A stretch of 64,000 nucleotides of DNA from Candidatus Uhrbacteria bacterium (lineage in GTDB: Bacteria; Patescibacteriota; Patescibacteriia; JACQRZ01). Made by a program: the position numbers and the translations under genes. Shown here piece by piece: positions 17,309-27,474 of the stretch. Position 1 is the stretch's first letter; the number at the start of each line of letters is the position of its first letter. The DNA is taken from NCBI GenBank assembly GCA_016206155.1, contig JACQSC010000010.1, positions 8,073-72,072 of the forward strand, written 5' to 3'. The notes under the pieces are model-generated. The model was given only the letters and a program-made list of their open reading frames with translations, was not told the origin of the DNA and made no database searches.

Positions 17309-18700
17309 TTACAAAGAATACTTTTCCTGAAGATATACAACAAGTTCCGGAATCGCAATGCGTTCCTGCTTCATTGAATCGCGATCACGCACAGTCACCG
17401 CATTATCCTCAAGTGATTCAAAGTCAATGGTCACGCAATACGGCGTTCCGATTTCATCTTGCCGGCGATAGCGCTTGCCGATGCTTTGCGTTTCATCATA
17501 ATCCGTCATCCAGCGAAAGGCAAGAAACGCATGTACCTCACGAGCCTTTGGAATGAGTGTTTCATTCTTTGACAAAGGCAATACTGCGACCTTGTATGGA
17601 GCGAGGCGGGGATGGAGCTTGAGAACAACGCGCGTTTCTGTTTTACCGCCCTCAGCAGTTGGCGCCTCTTCTTCACAATATGCGGCCAACAGAGTCATGA
17701 GCGTCAAGCGCGTCAAGCCGAATGTCGGCTCAATCACATGCGGAACGAACTTCTCGTCGCTCTCCGGATCGGTATACGTGAGGTTCTCGCCCGAATGTTT
17801 CATGTGATTAGACAGATCAAAGTCGGTGCGGTATGCAAGCCCAAACATCTCCTTCCACCCGAAGGGCGTGTTATACTCCAAATCGCATGTTCGCTTCGAA
17901 TAGTGGGAAAGCTCTTCTTTTGTGTGTTCGCGTACGCGCAAAGAATGTTGTGCAAAACCCATCTCGGCAACCCATGCCTTCTGTTCTGATAGCCAATAAT
18001 CAAAGTATCGCCCCCAATCCTGCTCGCGAATAAAATATTCGAATTCCATCAGATCAAACTCGAGCGTTCTGAAAATAAAGTTGCCGGGAGTAATTTCATT
18101 GCGAAACACTTTCCCGATTGATGCAATTCCAAAGGGGATGCGCTTGCGCGACGTATCGAGAACACTCTTAAAATTGACAAACATCGCTTGCGCAAGCTCT
18201 CCCCGAAGGTACACGGTGTTTTTTTCGCCTTCCACCGACCCCAATGACGTCTGGAAAAGAAGATTAAATTTTCTCGCGCCGGTGAATGCGTTTGTTGCGC
18301 CACAGGCGGGGCACTGTATCTCCTTCTCTGCAATAATCGCTGAAAGTTCTTCAACCGGCTTCCCGTCAACCTTCAGATCAGGAAACGCATCCTCGATGAG
18401 ATGATCGGCTCGGTGGCGGCTTTTGCACTTTTTACAATCAACTAATGCGTCATTAAACCCGGCGACGTGCCCTGATGCCTCCCATACTTTTGGGTTCATC
18501 ATAATTGCCGCATCAATGCCAACCATATCCAGGCGCCCTTGAACAAAACGCTTCCACCACCAGTCGCGGATATTATTCTTTAATTCGGTCCCGAGCGGCC
18601 CGTAATCCCACGAATTTGCCAGTCCGCCATATATTTCAGAGCCCTGAAAGATAAATCCGCGGCGCTTGCACAAACTAACCACTGTTTCCATTGTTACCAT
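17309..18700 (-). CDS. glyQS: Glycine--tRNA ligase (homodimeric type)
   Basis: LCKRRGFIFQGSEIYGG, WEASGHV, FRNEITPGNFIFRT.EF, VPHVIEP, SIGKRYRRQDEIGTP. Confidence 0.96.
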   Translation of the reverse strand: MVTMETVVSLCKRRGFIFQGSEIYGGLANSWDYGPLGTELKNNIRDWWWKRFVQGRLDMVGIDAAIMMNPKVWEASGHVAGFNDALVDCKKCKSRHRADHLIEDAFPDLKVDGKPVEELSAIIAEKEIQCPACGATNAFTGARKFNLLFQTSLGSVEGEKNTVYLRGELAQAMFVNFKSVLDTSRKRIPFGIASIGKVFRNEITPGNFIFRTLEFDLMEFEYFIREQDWGRYFDYWLSEQKAWVAEMGFAQHSLRVREHTKEELSHYSKRTCDLEYNTPFGWKEMFGLAYRTDFDLSNHMKHSGENLTYTDPESDEKFVPHVIEPTFGLTRLTLMTLLAAYCEEEAPTAEGGKTETRVVLKLHPRLAPYKVAVLPLSKNETLIPKAREVHAFLAFRWMTDYDETQSIGKRYRRQDEIGTPYCVTIDFESLEDNAVTVRDRDSMKQERIAIPELVVYLQEKYSL

Positions 18701-18701
18701 A

Positions 18702-19784
18702 TTAATAAAATATTCCTTTTACCAATGATTCAAACACTTCCTGATTGCGCGCAACTTCGCGCGCGTGCTCCAGTGAGATGACACGACTCCGCACGAGATT
18801 GACAAGTTCGTGATCAAAGCTTACCATCCCCTCTTGCCGAGATTGGGCGATCACGCCATCGAGCTGCGTGAGTTTGTCGGAAAGAATAAATGCGCGTACC
18901 GACGGCGTATTCACCAGCACCTCATGAACCGGAACAAGCCCTCCGCCGATTTTTGGAAGGAGATATTGGATAACCGTCCCGCGCAGTACATCGGCAAGCA
19001 GTTCCTTGATATAGACTTGTTCATGTGGAAGAAACGAGGAAAGAAGCTTTTCAAGCGCTTTTTCTGATGAACTGACATCAAGCACAGTGATGACAAGAAG
19101 TCCCGCGTTGGCGAGTTCAAGCGCTCGTCGAATGACCGCGGGCGTCGGCAGGTCGCTGATGAAGAGAATGTCAACATCTTCTCTCTCAATCGATACAAGC
19201 CCATCTTCAAAACTGTTCACGTCCTTCCCGACTTCCCGCTGATTGACGATGCTGCTCGCACCAACAAGGTTGTATTCAATGGGTTCTTCAAGTGTCAAAA
19301 TATGCTCGGTGCGCTGCTGGTTAATATGCTCAAGCAAGGTCATCGCAAGCGTAGTGCGCCCGGATCCATAATGGCCGCCAACAATAAGCAGGCCATTCTT
19401 TACGGTGGTAAATCGTTCGATAGCCTTTGGAACACCGAGCGAGCGTACCGTGCCGACATCAAGGCGCAACAAGCGCAAGCTGACAGTAAGATACCCTTCT
19501 TGATAAAAAATATGGATTTTTGTCCGTATTTTTTCGTCGAACACCATTGTGAAAACAAGATCACGATTCTTCTCCAACCGTTCCCTCTGCGGCTGATCAA
19601 TAATAGAATCGACAATCCGTTCCAGTCGAATTGCGGTCATAAGCTCTTCATCTTCGACGGGAATGAGCATGCCATCGACCCGAATCATGGGCGGAGAGCC
19701 GATCGTCAAGTGCAGATCGGTTGCTTCTCGCTTGGCGGCTGTAACCAACAGTTTTCGAAATGCAAGTGTTTCTACGGTGTCCAT
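18702..19784 (-). CDS. PilT/PilU-like protein with degenerate ATPase motifs
   Basis: ATDLHLTIGSPPMIRVDG, HILTLEEPIEY, VNQREVGKD, EGMVSFD; start reassigned to MDTVE (the upstream extension is repeat-derived). Confidence 0.88.
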   Translation of the reverse strand: MDTVETLAFRKLLVTAAKREATDLHLTIGSPPMIRVDGMLIPVEDEELMTAIRLERIVDSIIDQPQRERLEKNRDLVFTMVFDEKIRTKIHIFYQEGYLTVSLRLLRLDVGTVRSLGVPKAIERFTTVKNGLLIVGGHYGSGRTTLAMTLLEHINQQRTEHILTLEEPIEYNLVGASSIVNQREVGKDVNSFEDGLVSIEREDVDILFISDLPTPAVIRRALELANAGLLVITVLDVSSSEKALEKLLSSFLPHEQVYIKELLADVLRGTVIQYLLPKIGGGLVPVHEVLVNTPSVRAFILSDKLTQLDGVIAQSRQEGMVSFDHELVNLVRSRVISLEHAREVARNQEVFESLVKGIFY

Positions 19785-19793
19785 GGATATGCA

Positions 19794-19826
19794 GGGGTTA
19801 GGGTATAGGGTATAGGGTATAGGATA
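19794..19826. repeat. 7-bp tandem array (TAGGGTA)n
   Basis: ggggt tagggta tagggta tagggta taggata just upstream of the PilT-like start. Confidence 0.8.
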
Positions 19827-19870
19827 GAGCACATCCGGTCAATGGCTAAACCGGTTTATCCATTGAATAG

Positions 19871-22324
19871 TCATGAACGAATAGCTGCGCTAAATTTTTT
19901 CGCAAGCGCATCAACGACTGATGCGTGCGCGCGATCCGCCTCTTCTGACGTGAGCGTTCTGTCGCGAGCCTGATACGTGATGTGGAACGAGAGGCATTTT
20001 TTATTTTTTCCCACTTTTTTTTCATCGCGAAAGATGGCACGCGGTTCAAAGACGCTGATAAGGGGGTGTGCGCACGCAAGCGCGCGCGCAATAGCGTCAT
20101 ACGAATGCCGCTCGTCGATCACAAACGTTACGTTGCGAAAACTCGCGGGAAATTCACTGGGTTGGACATAGCGAAGAACATCGCGAGACTGTTTGGCAAG
20201 GAGCGACAGATCAATTTCGCACGCAACTGTCGGTTCATCAATACCGAGTTGTGTTCGTGTCGCTCTCGCAATTTCCCCAATTGCGCCGACCCCTACGCCG
20301 TTCACCATAATCACGGCAGAACGGTTGGGGTAAAAGAGCGACAAAGACGACACCTTTCCGAGCTGTGCATTCCAACCAAGAAACGAAAGGGTTGCTTTCA
20401 TGGCATCGGTACAAAAGGCAAATCTCTTGGCATCATCTCGCGATCCGAAAACAAACGCCCAAAGGAGCGGTTGATGAGGAACGACCGGGCTGTGATCAGA
20501 CGGAATGCTCGGATATGATGATTCTTTCAAAAAAACGCGATTGATTTCAAAATAGGCGTGGCGTTTCTCCTTTTGCTGATTTCTTTCAAGAACTTCCAAA
20601 AGGTTGGGGATAAGCGACCGGCACAACAACGGCCGCTCTTCGGATAAGGGATTTGCAAGTTTCACGTAATCGTCAACGGAGTGTCCGACAGCGCGTACCG
20701 TCTGAGGTCTGGAAAACGCATACGTATATGTTTCGTGAAACGCAAAACGTAACGAAAGATGATGCCGTATGTCACGGCACACCGCGCGCAGTGTATCAGG
20801 ATGCGAAACCGAAAGCGCCACCCGCGGCAGAGCAGAGGGAACGGTCTCATATCCGGCAAGACGAAGAATTTCCTCAAGAATATCCTCGGGCAGCATCACA
20901 TCCTTTCTTCGAAACGACGGCACATCAACGGCTATACTCTGTCTCCCTGCGCGAACGCCAAAACCCAAGCGTTTCAAGAGTGTCACCATCCTCCCCAAGG
21001 GAAACGCGATACCAAGCCGTCTCTCAATATACTCACGGGTAAGCACGATGGGTCTTGATTGTGGCCGCGGACGGAAGACATCGCGCACCGCGCTTGACAC
21101 GCGGCTTTGGGGAAATATTTTCGCGCATAACTGCAAACAGCGTGCCATGGCAAGGCGCGGAAGCTCGGGGTCAAGATCTTTCTCAAATCTGCGCGAACTC
21201 TCCGACACCAAACCAAGTTTTGTTGCGGTGCGGCGAATAGACGCGGGCGCAAAATGCGCAGCCTCAAAAACGACTGTTGTTGTGCTCTCTGTCACACCGC
21301 TTGTCAGTCCCCCCATTACGCCCGCAATCGCGATCGGGCCGCTCTGATTTGCCACAATCAATGAATCGGATGAAAGCACATACTCGCCCCCGTCCAGTGC
21401 GCGGATAGATTCTCCTTCCTGCGCGCGACGCACAATGATATGGGCGTTTTCCTTCTCTGCAATGGCGTCAAAATCAAATGCGTGCATTGGCTGCCCATAC
21501 TCAAGCATCACGTAATTAGTAATATCCACAAGCGCGCTGATCGGCCGAACACCGGCAGCGGAAAGCCGTTCTTGCATCCATCCGGGAGATGACATATATG
21601 AGACTCCGTCTACCGCAAGACCAATATACCGAGAACACAGATCGGCATCGGATACCGTAACGGTGAGCGAACGTCCGGTGCCACCAGGCAATGCCGGCAT
21701 CTTCTTGTCATGAAACGGCGCAGCGAATAGCGCGGCGCATTCACGCGCCATTCCGCGATGTCCCCACAGATCAGAACGATGGGAGAGAGATTTATTATCA
21801 ATCTCAAACACGGTGTGCGCGGGCAGTGCTTTTTCAAGAGACGTTCCAGCGGGCGCAGCAAGAGCCGAGAGATCAAGAATCTCGTGCTCCGCGCATGAAG
21901 GGAATACATCGGCAAGACTAATTTCTGCGCTGGCACAAATCATACCGTCACTTTCTACCCCCCGGATTGCCGTCTTTTCGAGGAGAATCGGATCACCCTG
22001 CCCGTGCCATCGCACCCGAGCGCCGGGGAGCGCAACGGCGACCTTCATACCAACTGCAAGATTGCTTCCACCGCAAATAATTGACAGCGGCTTTTTTTTG
22101 TTTCCGCAATGTACGTGCGCGATACGCAACCGATCCGCATTCGGATGCGGTTCAATCGTAAGAATTTCTCCAACGACAATATCGTGCCAATCCTGTAAGC
22201 CGCCACCCGACCGCACGCCTTCAACCTCAACAGTGGAAAGCGACAACCGACGCGCAATTTCCTCATCGGTCGCGGTTTTCGGCAACGAAACAAATTCTAG
22301 CAACCAATCCTTAACGAGAAGCAT
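19871..22324 (-). CDS. pheT: Phenylalanine--tRNA ligase beta subunit
   Basis: HPNADRL, ICGGSN, RGVESDGMICA, VDITNYVMLEYGQPMHAFD, VPSFRRKDV..EDILEEI.R..GY, FDX-ACB C-terminus. Confidence 0.96.
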   Translation of the reverse strand: MLLVKDWLLEFVSLPKTATDEEIARRLSLSTVEVEGVRSGGGLQDWHDIVVGEILTIEPHPNADRLRIAHVHCGNKKKPLSIICGGSNLAVGMKVAVALPGARVRWHGQGDPILLEKTAIRGVESDGMICASAEISLADVFPSCAEHEILDLSALAAPAGTSLEKALPAHTVFEIDNKSLSHRSDLWGHRGMARECAALFAAPFHDKKMPALPGGTGRSLTVTVSDADLCSRYIGLAVDGVSYMSSPGWMQERLSAAGVRPISALVDITNYVMLEYGQPMHAFDFDAIAEKENAHIIVRRAQEGESIRALDGGEYVLSSDSLIVANQSGPIAIAGVMGGLTSGVTESTTTVVFEAAHFAPASIRRTATKLGLVSESSRRFEKDLDPELPRLAMARCLQLCAKIFPQSRVSSAVRDVFRPRPQSRPIVLTREYIERRLGIAFPLGRMVTLLKRLGFGVRAGRQSIAVDVPSFRRKDVMLPEDILEEILRLAGYETVPSALPRVALSVSHPDTLRAVCRDIRHHLSLRFAFHETYTYAFSRPQTVRAVGHSVDDYVKLANPLSEERPLLCRSLIPNLLEVLERNQQKEKRHAYFEINRVFLKESSYPSIPSDHSPVVPHQPLLWAFVFGSRDDAKRFAFCTDAMKATLSFLGWNAQLGKVSSLSLFYPNRSAVIMVNGVGVGAIGEIARATRTQLGIDEPTVACEIDLSLLAKQSRDVLRYVQPSEFPASFRNVTFVIDERHSYDAIARALACAHPLISVFEPRAIFRDEKKVGKNKKCLSFHITYQARDRTLTSEEADRAHASVVDALAKKFSAAIRS

Positions 22325-22338
22325 AGTTCTATCAACAA

Positions 22339-23160
22339 TTATTCAATGAGAACATTATACGGGGTTTCTTTTGTTTTTTCTAGTTTTGAAGAAAGAAGGA
22401 CAAATGTCTCTGATGATGGCTCATATTCAAACACCTCTTCAATACGAGGATGGTCGCATGCCATACATTCATCACCATACTGTTCTCCGCGTACAATAAT
22501 TTCCGGGATGTGATTTCCATTTTGGTCAGAATAAATAAAATCCGCCCGGAGATAATTGCGCTCGAATGCTTGAACTAAGTGAAGCGCGCCTGCATCATAT
22601 CGAAACAGGTATGCCTGAACATCCTGCCTTCCGCCGGTTGAATAAACAATAATCTCTGGAATTGCATCGCTGGTCACGTCAATGGCTGTCGGCGGACCAC
22701 CGCTATATTGGCGATCAATCTTTTGTTGAGTGTGTTTCAGTGTTGACCCCTCCTGATCAATAATCATGATCGTAAGATATTCATGACCCAACGGATCGTC
22801 AAAGATCAAAACCAACTCATTGACTCCATCATTATCAAAATCAGCGGAAATAGAATTGGCCGTGCCGGATTCAAAAAACATACAGACATATACTGTCTGA
22901 TTATTCCCTTTAAGCACGTTGCCGTTCCAAAAATCGTCGGCACGCATTTTCTTCTTCTGCTCAACGATATCGTTGGCATTGATGCGTATCGTAAGGCTAT
23001 CCTTTTTCAGAAATGACCGGCGGGCAACCGTATTCTGCCACCAGCTTTTTGCTGATGCCGTAATTTCGATGAGATAGATGCCGCTTCGTTCTATGGCAAT
23101 GCTTTCTGAAAAATCGTCGGACAGAAAGGCGTTATGAATTTTTTGAAGTATTTTTTTCAT
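22339..23160 (-). CDS. Hypothetical protein; N-domain paralogous to 40003-41829, C-terminal DxDxDG-type repeats
   Basis: ASAKSWWQNT..R..KKDSLTI..DFWNGNVLKG is shared with the paralog; DFDNDGVNE, DVTSDAIPE, DQNGNHIPE repeats. Start MKKIL overlaps the upstream stop. Confidence 0.7.
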   Translation of the reverse strand: MKKILQKIHNAFLSDDFSESIAIERSGIYLIEITASAKSWWQNTVARRSFLKKDSLTIRINANDIVEQKKKMRADDFWNGNVLKGNNQTVYVCMFFESGTANSISADFDNDGVNELVLIFDDPLGHEYLTIMIIDQEGSTLKHTQQKIDRQYSGGPPTAIDVTSDAIPEIIVYSTGGRQDVQAYLFRYDAGALHLVQAFERNYLRADFIYSDQNGNHIPEIIVRGEQYGDECMACDHPRIEEVFEYEPSSETFVLLSSKLEKTKETPYNVLIE

Positions 23161-24314
23161 TGCAGTATTTGACATTTCATCTCAATAACATCTCGGCAAT
23201 TTTTAAGAAACGCCTCAAGGGGAATCACGTGAATATCCTGATCCCAAAACTCACGATCGCCGCCATAGATCAGTGTAGTGCGCGCTGTTGGATAGTTGCG
23301 ACGAAACGCGCGGAGTCCCCTAAACATATCCGAAGACAACCGTGCGCTTCGCTTCACTTCAAATGCCTGAATTCCGCGCTCTCCATAAAGAACAACATCG
23401 ACCTCTTGCCCGGTTGCAGTACGCCAAAAATAAAAACGAAATCCCCAACGAAGATAATGATTTAATGCTTTGAGCTCCTGAACGACGAGCGTTTCAAGAA
23501 CGGCGCCATCAATTTCTTCAACGCTATCAAGTGGACCACGAGGACGAATTGCACGGTACACCCCTGCGTCAAAAAAATAAAATTTTGGGTGTGATACAAC
23601 ATTCCGTTGTGCTCGTTTAGTAAAGACCGGGATCCGTTCTGCAATCAGCAAATCTTCGAGGATTGAGAAATAATGTTCAACAACCTTTCTGTTCACCGCG
23701 CATTCGCGTGAAACCTCAGATATGTTCAGCAGAGACCCTTGAGAAAAACTTGCCTCCTCCAAAAAACGCGTAAATGCTCCAAGATTTCTGGTAAGCCCTT
23801 CCTGCTGCACCTCCTCCCTAAGATATGTCGCCACATACGACTCCAAATACTGCCTTGCGTCGGGCTTCTGAATAACCGAGGGCAGCGTGCCAAAATTGAG
23901 CGCGTGAATAAAAGAAAAATCTTTGCCAAGCTCATGCGCAGTAAGGGGATACATGGTAAACGTGAGAGCTCTTCCGGCAAGTAAATTTACGTCCTTTGCT
24001 TTCAGCTTTCTTGTGCTTGAGCCGGTAAGTGCAAACACCAAACCGCGTGACTCTATGAGTCTATGAACCTCGTGAAGAAGCGCGGGAACACGCTGAACTT
24101 CATCTAGGATAACAATGCCTTTCTGATCCGTCGGAATCATGGAGGCAAGACGGTTTGGGCGAGCCAAAAAGTTGGTATAGATTTCCGAATCAAGAAGATC
24201 AAAATAAAGCGCGCCTGGAAACTGTGTTTTGAGCCATGTCGTCTTTCCCGTTCCTCGAGGCCCGAAAAGGAAGAAGCTTTTCCGCTCTTGAATTTTTAGT
24301 AATCTGGTATACAT
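23157..24314 (-). CDS. AAA+ ATPase (AAA_14 + DUF4143 type) with C-terminal nuclease-like motif
   Basis: FGPRGTGKTT, ILDEVQRVP, LTGSS, LLAGRA, PKFYFFDAG, FWRT..GQEVD.V...AFEVK. Confidence 0.88.
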   Translation of the reverse strand: MYTRLLKIQERKSFFLFGPRGTGKTTWLKTQFPGALYFDLLDSEIYTNFLARPNRLASMIPTDQKGIVILDEVQRVPALLHEVHRLIESRGLVFALTGSSTRKLKAKDVNLLAGRALTFTMYPLTAHELGKDFSFIHALNFGTLPSVIQKPDARQYLESYVATYLREEVQQEGLTRNLGAFTRFLEEASFSQGSLLNISEVSRECAVNRKVVEHYFSILEDLLIAERIPVFTKRAQRNVVSHPKFYFFDAGVYRAIRPRGPLDSVEEIDGAVLETLVVQELKALNHYLRWGFRFYFWRTATGQEVDVVLYGERGIQAFEVKRSARLSSDMFRGLRAFRRNYPTARTTLIYGGDREFWDQDIHVIPLEAFLKNCRDVIEMKCQILQ

Positions 24315-24348
24315 AACTCCATTTTATATTAAAATTTGGAGTTGTCAA
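24315..24348 (-). promoter_or_regulatory. Internal promoter with operator-like palindrome
   Basis: Minus strand TTGACA-16-TAAAAT just before the ATG; AACTCCA(24315-24321)/TGGAGTT(24337-24343) inverted repeat spans it. Confidence 0.55.
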
Positions 24349-24355
24349 TACCTTT

Positions 24356-25375
24356 TTAAAATTGCTTGAGAAAGTCGCTGTCTCCGCTATGAAAAAGGCG
24401 GACATCGGTTATGCCGTATTTGAGCATCGCGAGACGTGTGAGGCCAAAGCCAAAGGCAAATCCGGACCAGCGGCGCGCGTTAATGTCGGCTGCGCGCAAT
24501 ACGTTGGGGTGAATAAGACCGGCGCCGAACACTTCCAGAAATCCGGTCTGCTTGCATACGCGGCATCCCTTCCCCTCGCAGAGCATGCAGGTTACTTCCC
24601 CGCTCACGCCTGGCTCAACAAATGGATAATATTTGGGACGCAGCCGCATTCGTACCATTTCGCCAAACAACTGGTGCGCGACGGCCTCGAGCACGCCCTT
24701 GAGATGCGCAAACGATACGTCGGCATCAACGAGAAAACCTTCAAGCTGATGAAAGGTGTGTTCATGGCGCGCATCCGTCGCTTCATTCCGAAAACATCTG
24801 CCCGGAACAATTGCGGCAAGCGGTGCGCCGTACTGGCGTAACGCACGCACTTGCATCGGCGATGTATGGGTGCGCATAAGCAGGGCAGGCGCGTCTTTGA
24901 TATAAAAAGTGTCCTGCATATCTCGCGCCGGGTGATCTGCCGGATGATTGAGCGCTTCAAAGTTATAAAAATCATTTTCAAGCTCGGGCCCATCAAGAAC
25001 GCGAAACCCCATGGCGGAAAAACATTCTTCAAGCTCTTCGGAAATCTGCGTGACTGGATGCAGACTTCCCGTTGCGGGAATGGGAAGCAGCGGCTCCGAC
25101 AGATCAAACGGTTCGCTCCCTTCTTCCAGTCCGCCCACTATTGCGCGTCGCTCCTCAATCTGTTGCGTGAGTCGCGTTTTTAACGTATTTGCCTGCGCCC
25201 CGAATGTACGCCGCTCATGTTCCGGCTTGTCTTTCAATGACTTGAGCACCGTCGTGAGCAATCCTTGTTTCCTTCCAAAAAGCGAGAGCTCGACCTCGGC
25301 AAGCTCCTTGACTGTTTTCGCTTTTTTAATTGCGCGCTCCTCCCTATCCTGAATATCTTTTAATTCCGTGTTCAT
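24356..25375 (-). CDS. pheS: Phenylalanine--tRNA ligase alpha subunit
   Basis: YNFEALN..DHPARDMQDTFY, MRTHTSPMQVR, FRNEATDARH..FHQLEG, YPFVEP, GFAFGFGLTRL. Confidence 0.97.
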   Translation of the reverse strand: MNTELKDIQDREERAIKKAKTVKELAEVELSLFGRKQGLLTTVLKSLKDKPEHERRTFGAQANTLKTRLTQQIEERRAIVGGLEEGSEPFDLSEPLLPIPATGSLHPVTQISEELEECFSAMGFRVLDGPELENDFYNFEALNHPADHPARDMQDTFYIKDAPALLMRTHTSPMQVRALRQYGAPLAAIVPGRCFRNEATDARHEHTFHQLEGFLVDADVSFAHLKGVLEAVAHQLFGEMVRMRLRPKYYPFVEPGVSGEVTCMLCEGKGCRVCKQTGFLEVFGAGLIHPNVLRAADINARRWSGFAFGFGLTRLAMLKYGITDVRLFHSGDSDFLKQF

Positions 25376-25422
25376 TTTCGATTTTCTATTTCCTCCTATG
25401 TGTGAATGGTCAGTGAATTTAT

Positions 25423-27156
25423 TTACTCGCGAGTAACTCTCAGAAGTTCTTCCAGGCTTGTCTCACCGCGCAATGCTTTGACAATAACATCCTGTTTCAT
25501 TGATAAAAGTTTTTGCCGCGCGCGTTCCTTTTCAAGAACCTCGATATTTACCTTTGTATTAAGAATATTCTGGAGCTCGTCGCTCATAGAAATGGCCTCC
25601 ACAACAACCGTGCGCCCTTTGTACCCCAAATTGTCACACTCATCACAGCCGGCAGGGCGATAAAATGTTGATTTCCCACCGGCAGACACGAGCGTTTTGA
25701 TGAGCTGGGAATCTGGAAGTGATGCAATCTCGCCATCCACCTCTGCTTTTAAATAATCAGGTATCTCCGCGGGAACCTTGCAGTGTTGGCAGAGTTTGCG
25801 CACAAGGCGCTGTGCCGTAATGGTGTTGAGCGCGGCGCCGATCAAAAATGGCTCAACATGCATGTCGACAAGGCGCGGAATCACGCCAAGCGCGTCTTTT
25901 GCGTGAATCGTCGAGAGCATAAAGTGCCCCGTCAACGCCGTGTGAATAGCAAGCTCAGCCGTTTCCCGGTCTCGAATCTCACCCACCATAACAATATTCG
26001 GATCTTGGCGCAAGATGGCGCGCAATCCTGATGCGAAGGTCAAGCCGACATCGGTATTAATCTGAACTTGATTGAGACCCGGCGTTGCATATTCTATAGG
26101 ATCCTCAAGCGTGGTGATATTGACCGAATCGTTGTTGAGCGCGGTAAGCATTGAGTAAAGCGTAGTCGATTTTCCCGAACCGGTCGGACCTGAAATAAGA
26201 AGTACGCCCGTGGGTCGCTCGATAATCTTCTTGAGAACGGTAAGCGTGTTGCCCCAAAACCCCAGATCTTCAAGAGTAATCACTTTTGTCGTTGTCGGCA
26301 AAATGCGCATGACAACCTTTTCTTGCGCCATCATGGGGAGTGTCGAAACGCGAAGATTAATCTCCTCTTCATACACTTCAGTGTGTATGCGCCCATCTTG
26401 AGGAACGCGCGTTTCGTCGATCTTAAGGTTTGCAAGAACTTTCAAGCGGGCAACCAGCGCGGAATGCAGGTGTCCCGGAAGGGTGAGATACACGCGTAAA
26501 ACTCCATCGACACGAAAACGAACACGCGACTCTTTCTCTGATGGTTCAATATGAATGTCGGATGCCCCCGCGCTCACTGCCTCCTCCACAACAAGTGTCA
26601 CAATTTTTGCCACCGGCGCCTTGCGGATTGTTTCGCTGATGCTTACCCGCTTTTTGCGCTTCTCGCGGAGCTCTTCGCCTTTTTTCTGCTCAATTTGCTC
26701 AACCGCCTCGGTTACCTCTTTTTGAAATGCGGTGTAATTTTTGAGCGCGGCACGGTACCCGGTGGGGGTGGCAATATATTTTTCAAGATCATATCCCTCC
26801 TGCTTTGCCCAAAATTCGAGCGCCTCAAGCGCACGAAAATCCCCGGGGTTGGTAAGCGCAACTTTGACGGTATGATCCTGTTTGGCAAACACCACCATCT
26901 CATAGTTCTCCGCGGCGCTTTGCGGCAAAATAAGCAAAACATCCTGGGGAATCTCTGTGCGCACAAGGTCGACATACGGCAAGCCATACAATTCGCCCTT
27001 AAGCTTGACAATACCCTCCTCAGAGATAATGCCACTGGCGATAAGATGGCTTTCGAAATCTCTCTTTTCCTTTGCGGCATCGGCTTCAAGTCCAGCCACC
27101 GCATCAGGGGCAAGAATATTTGTATCAATCAGTTTTTTTATAAGCCGCGGATCCAT
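25423..27156 (-). CDS. pilB: Type IV pilus assembly ATPase (PilB/GspE)
   Basis: ASDIHIEP, RFRVDGVL, PQDGR, GPTGSGKSTT, TLEDPIEY, LRQDPNIVMVGEIRD, TGH..STIH, CxxC..CxxC zinc site. Confidence 0.94.
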   Translation of the reverse strand: MDPRLIKKLIDTNILAPDAVAGLEADAAKEKRDFESHLIASGIISEEGIVKLKGELYGLPYVDLVRTEIPQDVLLILPQSAAENYEMVVFAKQDHTVKVALTNPGDFRALEALEFWAKQEGYDLEKYIATPTGYRAALKNYTAFQKEVTEAVEQIEQKKGEELREKRKKRVSISETIRKAPVAKIVTLVVEEAVSAGASDIHIEPSEKESRVRFRVDGVLRVYLTLPGHLHSALVARLKVLANLKIDETRVPQDGRIHTEVYEEEINLRVSTLPMMAQEKVVMRILPTTTKVITLEDLGFWGNTLTVLKKIIERPTGVLLISGPTGSGKSTTLYSMLTALNNDSVNITTLEDPIEYATPGLNQVQINTDVGLTFASGLRAILRQDPNIVMVGEIRDRETAELAIHTALTGHFMLSTIHAKDALGVIPRLVDMHVEPFLIGAALNTITAQRLVRKLCQHCKVPAEIPDYLKAEVDGEIASLPDSQLIKTLVSAGGKSTFYRPAGCDECDNLGYKGRTVVVEAISMSDELQNILNTKVNIEVLEKERARQKLLSMKQDVIVKALRGETSLEELLRVTRE

Positions 27157-27158
27157 AC

Positions 27159-27467
27159 CTATTCAGTCAATTGTGCTGGCGGACTAAATGGCTGCTTATT
27201 GCCCTTGACCCCGACTTCAAGCGGACTTTGAAGAGAATTCTTCAAACGCTTGAGAAGAGCGTGTTCGTAGACGACTCTTTTCCAGTCAACGAGCTTGATT
27301 TGGAGCTGGCGCTTTGTGCCAAGTTCAACAACCGATTCTACGCCACGAGGGGCGAATCGTGTGTAGTAATAGTATCCACCCCCGCCCAGCACAACAATCG
27401 CAAAGACAACCAATAGCGTTGTTTGTCGAGAGGGGCCTTTCTTTTTTTTCTGAATCATGTCAGCCAT
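27159..27467 (-). CDS. Small single-TM protein, PilP-like position
   Basis: Basic N-terminus, one TM, C-terminal G..GNKQPF; lies between the pilO-like gene and pilB. Confidence 0.65.
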   Translation of the reverse strand: MADMIQKKKKGPSRQTTLLVVFAIVVLGGGGYYYYTRFAPRGVESVVELGTKRQLQIKLVDWKRVVYEHALLKRLKNSLQSPLEVGVKGNKQPFSPPAQLTE

Positions 27468-27474
27468 ATCGTTG

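Noticed and set aside
20655-20745. parS-like sites (GTTTCACGTAAT, TGTTTCGTGAAAC) in pheT
   Set aside because: Neither matches the 16-bp TGTTTCACGTGAAACA palindrome well enough.
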